Below the pieces are notes generated by a model that ran no database searches, was not told the origin of the DNA, and saw only the letters and a program-made list of their open reading frames with translations. From Planctomycetota bacterium (GTDB taxonomy: Bacteria; Planctomycetota; UBA8108; SXIK01): a stretch of DNA of 64,000 nucleotides. A program made the translations under genes and the position numbers. This document shows, one piece after another, positions 59,934 through 64,000 of this stretch. Position 1 is the first letter of the stretch. Each line of letters opens with the position of its first letter. Where the stretch lies: assembly GCA_965223265.1 (NCBI GenBank), contig OZ244999.1, positions 3,104,001-3,168,000 of the forward strand, given 5' to 3'.

Positions 59934-62900
59934 ATGAGATACGGGGCACCAGTACGCTTGCGTTTAGCGGTTGCCGCGTGTTTGCTTTGCGCGGTCTTGC
60001 CGATCTCGGTGAGGTCGCAGCTTGCAGCAGGGGAGGTGTATTTCGTCAGCGATGACGCTTACTACCTGATTTGGGCGGTGGACGCAGAGACGGGCGCGGC
60101 GGTGCAGGGACTGAGCGCCCCCGACGATGCGATCCTCGGAGTTTCTCCGCCGCCGAGCTCTGGCCTCGCCTTCGCTGCAGGAGAACTCTACTACACCCAT
60201 GACGCCACCCCGCTTCTATGGGTCTTGGACGCTGAGTCCGGTGATGTGGTGCGCTCGTTTGAGAAACCTGCGACAGACATTTCCGGTCTGACGTTTGCTC
60301 ATGGCGTTCTCTACGCTGCAGCGGAGATCGATTCACAAGGAACTCTCTATGGGCTGGACCCAATCACTGGCGTCGTTCAGTCGACGCTTGCGGTGCCACG
60401 GGCCAGCGGTGCACTTGCGGCGTCGGAGGCGCGTGGGTCGGTCTTTGTGCGCGTCGGTGCACTCGAGGTGCGTGAGATCTCGGCGGCGAACGGCGACGTG
60501 CTCGGTTCGATCGTACCGCCTGTCCCAACGACAGGACTTGCAGTTTCTGAAGACGAAGCGCGGCAGTCGCTCTTGTTTCTCAATGCGTCCGGCGAACTGA
60601 CGACTTACGACCTGTTGGCGGGCACAACGACAGATCCGATGGAGCTCGTCGAGACGGCCGGCAACCGCCTCGTGCGCACCGGAGGGTTGGCGACTGGCAC
60701 GTTGCCGCCACCGACCGAAGGTGGCGAAGGTGGTGGTGTTCCAGTCTCTGGCGCAGCGATTGAGGTTCAAGACACGAACGTTCGCGCCGACCGCACTGCA
60801 TCCGTTCCCATATTGATGACCAATGATCAGGCGCTTCAGGGCTACGTTATTGCTGCCGTGCACGACCCTGCTGTCTTGACGTTGGAGGATGTTTCCTTTG
60901 CGGGCACAGAGACTGAAGCGAATTTTGCCGAGTTCGTTGCAGCTGAGTTGCTCCCCAATGGAGCGACGATCGGCGTGATTTTCGACGTTGACGCTCCCTT
61001 CGAGAACAACGTGCTTCCGCCCGGTGTGGATCAGGTGGTCGCGCGGCTCGCTTACAGCTGCGTCAACCGCGACCCGACGGAGGAAACAAGCACCGAAGTG
61101 CGTCTGGTCGATGGGGTGATTGGTCAACCGGCTAAGGACAATCTGATTGTCGTCGATGGTGTCACTTCGACGCCGGAGTTGTTTCCGGGAACGATTCTGT
61201 GCGTTCTACCTCCGCCACCGTCCACCGAACCGCAGTTCCTTTGCGGCGGACCTCCGGCAGCGGATGGCCTCCCGACGCCGTTGACGGCTGGGCGAGGAGA
61301 AACTGACACGCTCTGCTTTTTCTACGCTTTTCCCAGTGACCGTCCGGCTGGCATTCAGGGACTCTCGATGGCGCTTGCCTACGACTGCCGCCTCGACTGC
61401 TTGGAAGAGACGTTTGGACTTGTGCCTGGCGGAATTGCGGACGTGATCGGTACCGAGTTCGTTGAGTTTCAATGCGATGAAGATCCGACCGATGGAGACG
61501 GCTGCGAAATGATTCTCGCGATGCTCCTCGACTCATCGCCGCCGTTCGACGGACAGACTCTGCCTCCGACATCTATGCCGTTTCCACTCGCCTGTGTGGA
61601 CTTGCGCGTGACGCCTGAAGCCACTGTGGGTGAGTGCCTCGACGTGCGTTTTCAGGACGGAGTGAACGGCGAAAACAAGGTGCCAACGAAAAACCTCGTC
61701 TCCGTCAAGAATGAGGCGATCGCAGCGCTGACGAGCTCCTGTGAAGTGTGCGTTGTGCCGAGCGGCCCGACGCTCTTTTGCGGCTCTGGGGCGCTGGACG
61801 TTCATGGCTTGCCTGGTCCTCTCGTGGGTGAGAACGGCGACGAGGTCGAACTCTTTTTCTGGTACCGTTCTCCGGTGGAGGAAGTGTTTAGTTTGACGCA
61901 AGCGGTGCGGATCGATTGTCGTGCTGCGTGTATCGCTGACACGTTTCTGGCCGACCCAGGCCTGCAGGGGGTCGTGAACCGAGGTGACCTCTCACTCGAG
62001 TGCGATTCGGATCCAGCGGATGGCGACGGATGCGAAATCGTCTTGCGTTTCGAGCGAACCGCAGGCAACCCGTCTCTTCCTGCCACTGACCTTCCAGTTC
62101 GATTAGGACGCGTGCGACTGCGCATCGGAGAGAACATCGCGCGCGGCAAGTGCTTGCCGATTGAGCATCACGACCAGATCGACGGAGAGGGTACGGAGAT
62201 CGTCGACAATCAAGTGATTACACCGTCCGGGATTCTGTCACCGGAGACGGTCGATTGTGAGATCTGCGTGCGCCCTGCACCGCTACCGCGGTTCTTTTGC
62301 GGCGGACCAAACCTCGATCCAGAAACCGGGCTCCCCGAGATTCCATCCGAGGTGCGACTCGGGGAGAGTGTTGAGTTTTCTCTTTGGTATTCGAGTCCCG
62401 ACGACGAGCTTGACATCACAGACCAGATTCAAGGGCTCTCGATGGCAATTCAGTACGATTGCAACCTGATTTGCCAAGAAGATACGTTCACTATCCCTCC
62501 CGACAGCGCGCTCGAGCTTGTCGATGCGGAGTTCGTCTCGTTCGAGTGCGAAAATGATCCGACCGATGGCGACGGGTGCGAAATGCTCTTTGCCGTCTTA
62601 GTCGATCTGAACCCGCCGTTCGATGGTCGCACGCTGCCGCAGAGCGACACACCGCTCAAGCTGGCGTCCGTGACGATGCAGGTAGGGCCCGGCGCGGTAC
62701 TTGGCACGTGCCTTCCGGTGCGCTTTCTCGATGGCGTCGACGGCAAAGGGATTGTTCCCAACAAGAACATTGTTTCGCTGAACAATGAAGGCGTCAGCCC
62801 CGAGACCTTCGATTGCGAAGTTTGCGTCCGGCCCCTCGGACCAACGTTTTTCTGTGGCCCGGAGGATTTCGCCCCGGACGGAATCATCGACCCAGCGCCA

Positions 62901-63737
62901 GGCGACGCCGTGCCTCTCTGTTTCTTCTATTCGTCGCCGACCGACGAGCTGTTTACCGCAATTCAGGGCTTTTCCATGGGCCTTACGTTTGATTGCCGAC
63001 TCACATGTCTTCCAGACACGTTCCGGCTCCCCGAAGACTCGATCCTTTTGGCCCTCGGCGCTGATTTCGTCGACTTTCAGTGCGACAACGATCCAGACGA
63101 TGGTGACGGCTGTGAGATGATCTTTGGCGTGTTGATGGACGCTACGCCACCGTTCGATGGTCAAACCTTGCCGCCAACGGATATCCCGCTCAAACTCGCC
63201 TGCGTCGACATGGTCATCCCGACCGATGCGGTCTGTTTCGAGTGCTTCGACGTCAATTTCGAGGACGGAGTCAACGGCAACAACAAGGTGCCGATCAAGA
63301 ATCAGATCGCCGTGGACAATATGGCATTCTTTGCCCGCACCCAAGACTGCGAGATTTGTGTCGACATGATCGTCGAAGAGAAGACCTTTGTCCGTGGCGA
63401 TTGCAACGGCTCGGCTGGATCCGAGGAAGAACCGGTCAACATTGCCGATGCTGCCAGCGTCGTGTCGCTTCTCTTTGGACTCGACGAATTGAAGCCAGAG
63501 CCAGTTTGCCTCGACGCCTGTGATGCCAACGACGATGGCCGTCTCGAGCTCACCGACACGCTTGCGATTCTTCTCTTTCTTTTCAACGACGGAACGCCAC
63601 CGCCGCCGCCGGGTCCCCACACAGCCGGCTTTGACCCGACGAAGGATGTCATCCCGTGCGGGGACCGGCTGTGTCCGACCGATGGAGACGATGAAACCGC
63701 GGACGGAGCTTCAGGCGAAGGCTCGCCTACTGGTTAG
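59934..63737 (+). CDS. Secreted scaffoldin-like protein: beta-propeller, five cohesin-like domains, dockerin-like domain
   Basis: Signal peptide; propeller repeats; cohesin-like domain ~60756-61205; four ~170-aa Cys-rich repeats; C-terminal FVRGDCNG...CLDACDANDDG. Confidence 0.85.
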   Translation: MRYGAPVRLRLAVAACLLCAVLPISVRSQLAAGEVYFVSDDAYYLIWAVDAETGAAVQGLSAPDDAILGVSPPPSSGLAFAAGELYYTHDATPLLWVLDAESGDVVRSFEKPATDISGLTFAHGVLYAAAEIDSQGTLYGLDPITGVVQSTLAVPRASGALAASEARGSVFVRVGALEVREISAANGDVLGSIVPPVPTTGLAVSEDEARQSLLFLNASGELTTYDLLAGTTTDPMELVETAGNRLVRTGGLATGTLPPPTEGGEGGGVPVSGAAIEVQDTNVRADRTASVPILMTNDQALQGYVIAAVHDPAVLTLEDVSFAGTETEANFAEFVAAELLPNGATIGVIFDVDAPFENNVLPPGVDQVVARLAYSCVNRDPTEETSTEVRLVDGVIGQPAKDNLIVVDGVTSTPELFPGTILCVLPPPPSTEPQFLCGGPPAADGLPTPLTAGRGETDTLCFFYAFPSDRPAGIQGLSMALAYDCRLDCLEETFGLVPGGIADVIGTEFVEFQCDEDPTDGDGCEMILAMLLDSSPPFDGQTLPPTSMPFPLACVDLRVTPEATVGECLDVRFQDGVNGENKVPTKNLVSVKNEAIAALTSSCEVCVVPSGPTLFCGSGALDVHGLPGPLVGENGDEVELFFWYRSPVEEVFSLTQAVRIDCRAACIADTFLADPGLQGVVNRGDLSLECDSDPADGDGCEIVLRFERTAGNPSLPATDLPVRLGRVRLRIGENIARGKCLPIEHHDQIDGEGTEIVDNQVITPSGILSPETVDCEICVRPAPLPRFFCGGPNLDPETGLPEIPSEVRLGESVEFSLWYSSPDDELDITDQIQGLSMAIQYDCNLICQEDTFTIPPDSALELVDAEFVSFECENDPTDGDGCEMLFAVLVDLNPPFDGRTLPQSDTPLKLASVTMQVGPGAVLGTCLPVRFLDGVDGKGIVPNKNIVSLNNEGVSPETFDCEVCVRPLGPTFFCGPEDFAPDGIIDPAPGDAVPLCFFYSSPTDELFTAIQGFSMGLTFDCRLTCLPDTFRLPEDSILLALGADFVDFQCDNDPDDGDGCEMIFGVLMDATPPFDGQTLPPTDIPLKLACVDMVIPTDAVCFECFDVNFEDGVNGNNKVPIKNQIAVDNMAFFARTQDCEICVDMIVEEKTFVRGDCNGSAGSEEEPVNIADAASVVSLLFGLDELKPEPVCLDACDANDDGRLELTDTLAILLFLFNDGTPPPPPGPHTAGFDPTKDVIPCGDRLCPTDGDDETADGASGEGSPTG

Positions 63738-64000
63738 CGTTGTTTCCTGAACCACCCGCCGGATTCATTTGCGGCTGAGCGCCGGCAGCCGGTCGTGCCG
63801 ACTCGCGCTGAACGCCGACAGCGGCGCTGCCGCCGGAGGGGTTGCGTGTTCCAAAGCCGCGCTTGAGCAGCGTCTCGGCGACTGAGATCTCAGGCCGCAG
63901 GGCTGCGAGGCGCTCGACGATACTGCGCGCGCGTTCCGGGTGACTGCCAGCGAGCGCCCATGCTTGCCCGAGACATTCAGCGTAGGCGAGGGTGAAGTCG
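63727..64000 (-). CDS. C-terminal end of a gene entering from the right edge (unknown function)
   Basis: Open frame DFTLAYAECLGQAWALAGSHPERARSIVERLAAL...NANQ ending in TAG at 63727-63729. Confidence 0.5.
   Translation of the reverse strand, partial: DFTLAYAECLGQAWALAGSHPERARSIVERLAALRPEISVAETLLKRGFGTRNPSGGSAAVGVQRESARPAAGAQPQMNPAGGSGNNANQ

Noticed and set aside
59934-63737. A true cellulosome
   Set aside because: No CBM3 or glycoside hydrolase-dockerin genes are in the window; only the architecture is analogous.

Overview
GC-rich, gene-dense chromosomal window from a planctomycete, inferred from DUF1501, DUF1549/DUF1553, planctomycete cytochrome c-WD40, PPC and PVC-type CxxCH proteins and a dockerin-like C-terminal module. 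It encodes a xanthine/CO-dehydrogenase-family FAD/2Fe-2S/Mo operon (cut by the left edge), a sugar-acid uptake and catabolism cluster, a nine-gene MoxR-DUF58-VWA (Bat) operon, assorted oxidoreductases, RNase D and several heme-c proteins. Top finding: a CRTAC1/FG-GAP-ASPIC lipoprotein that the ORF track splits in two is one reading frame (52619-54892, minus strand). It has a single in-frame UGA (HDL-UGA-PTF) followed by a bacterial SECIS-like stem-loop with a GGUC loop, so it is a candidate selenoprotein of a non-classical family. Other highlights: (1) a 1267-aa secreted scaffoldin-like protein with a propeller, five cohesin-like domains (four Cys-rich) and a dockerin; (2) a dockerin-tagged heme protein resembling hydrazine synthase alpha, behind a sigma54-type promoter; (3) three copies of a palindromic MITE with 4-bp target duplications, whose core is inverted between copies. 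I saw no tRNA, rRNA, CRISPR array or transposase. All family calls come from reading motifs by eye, not from database searches.
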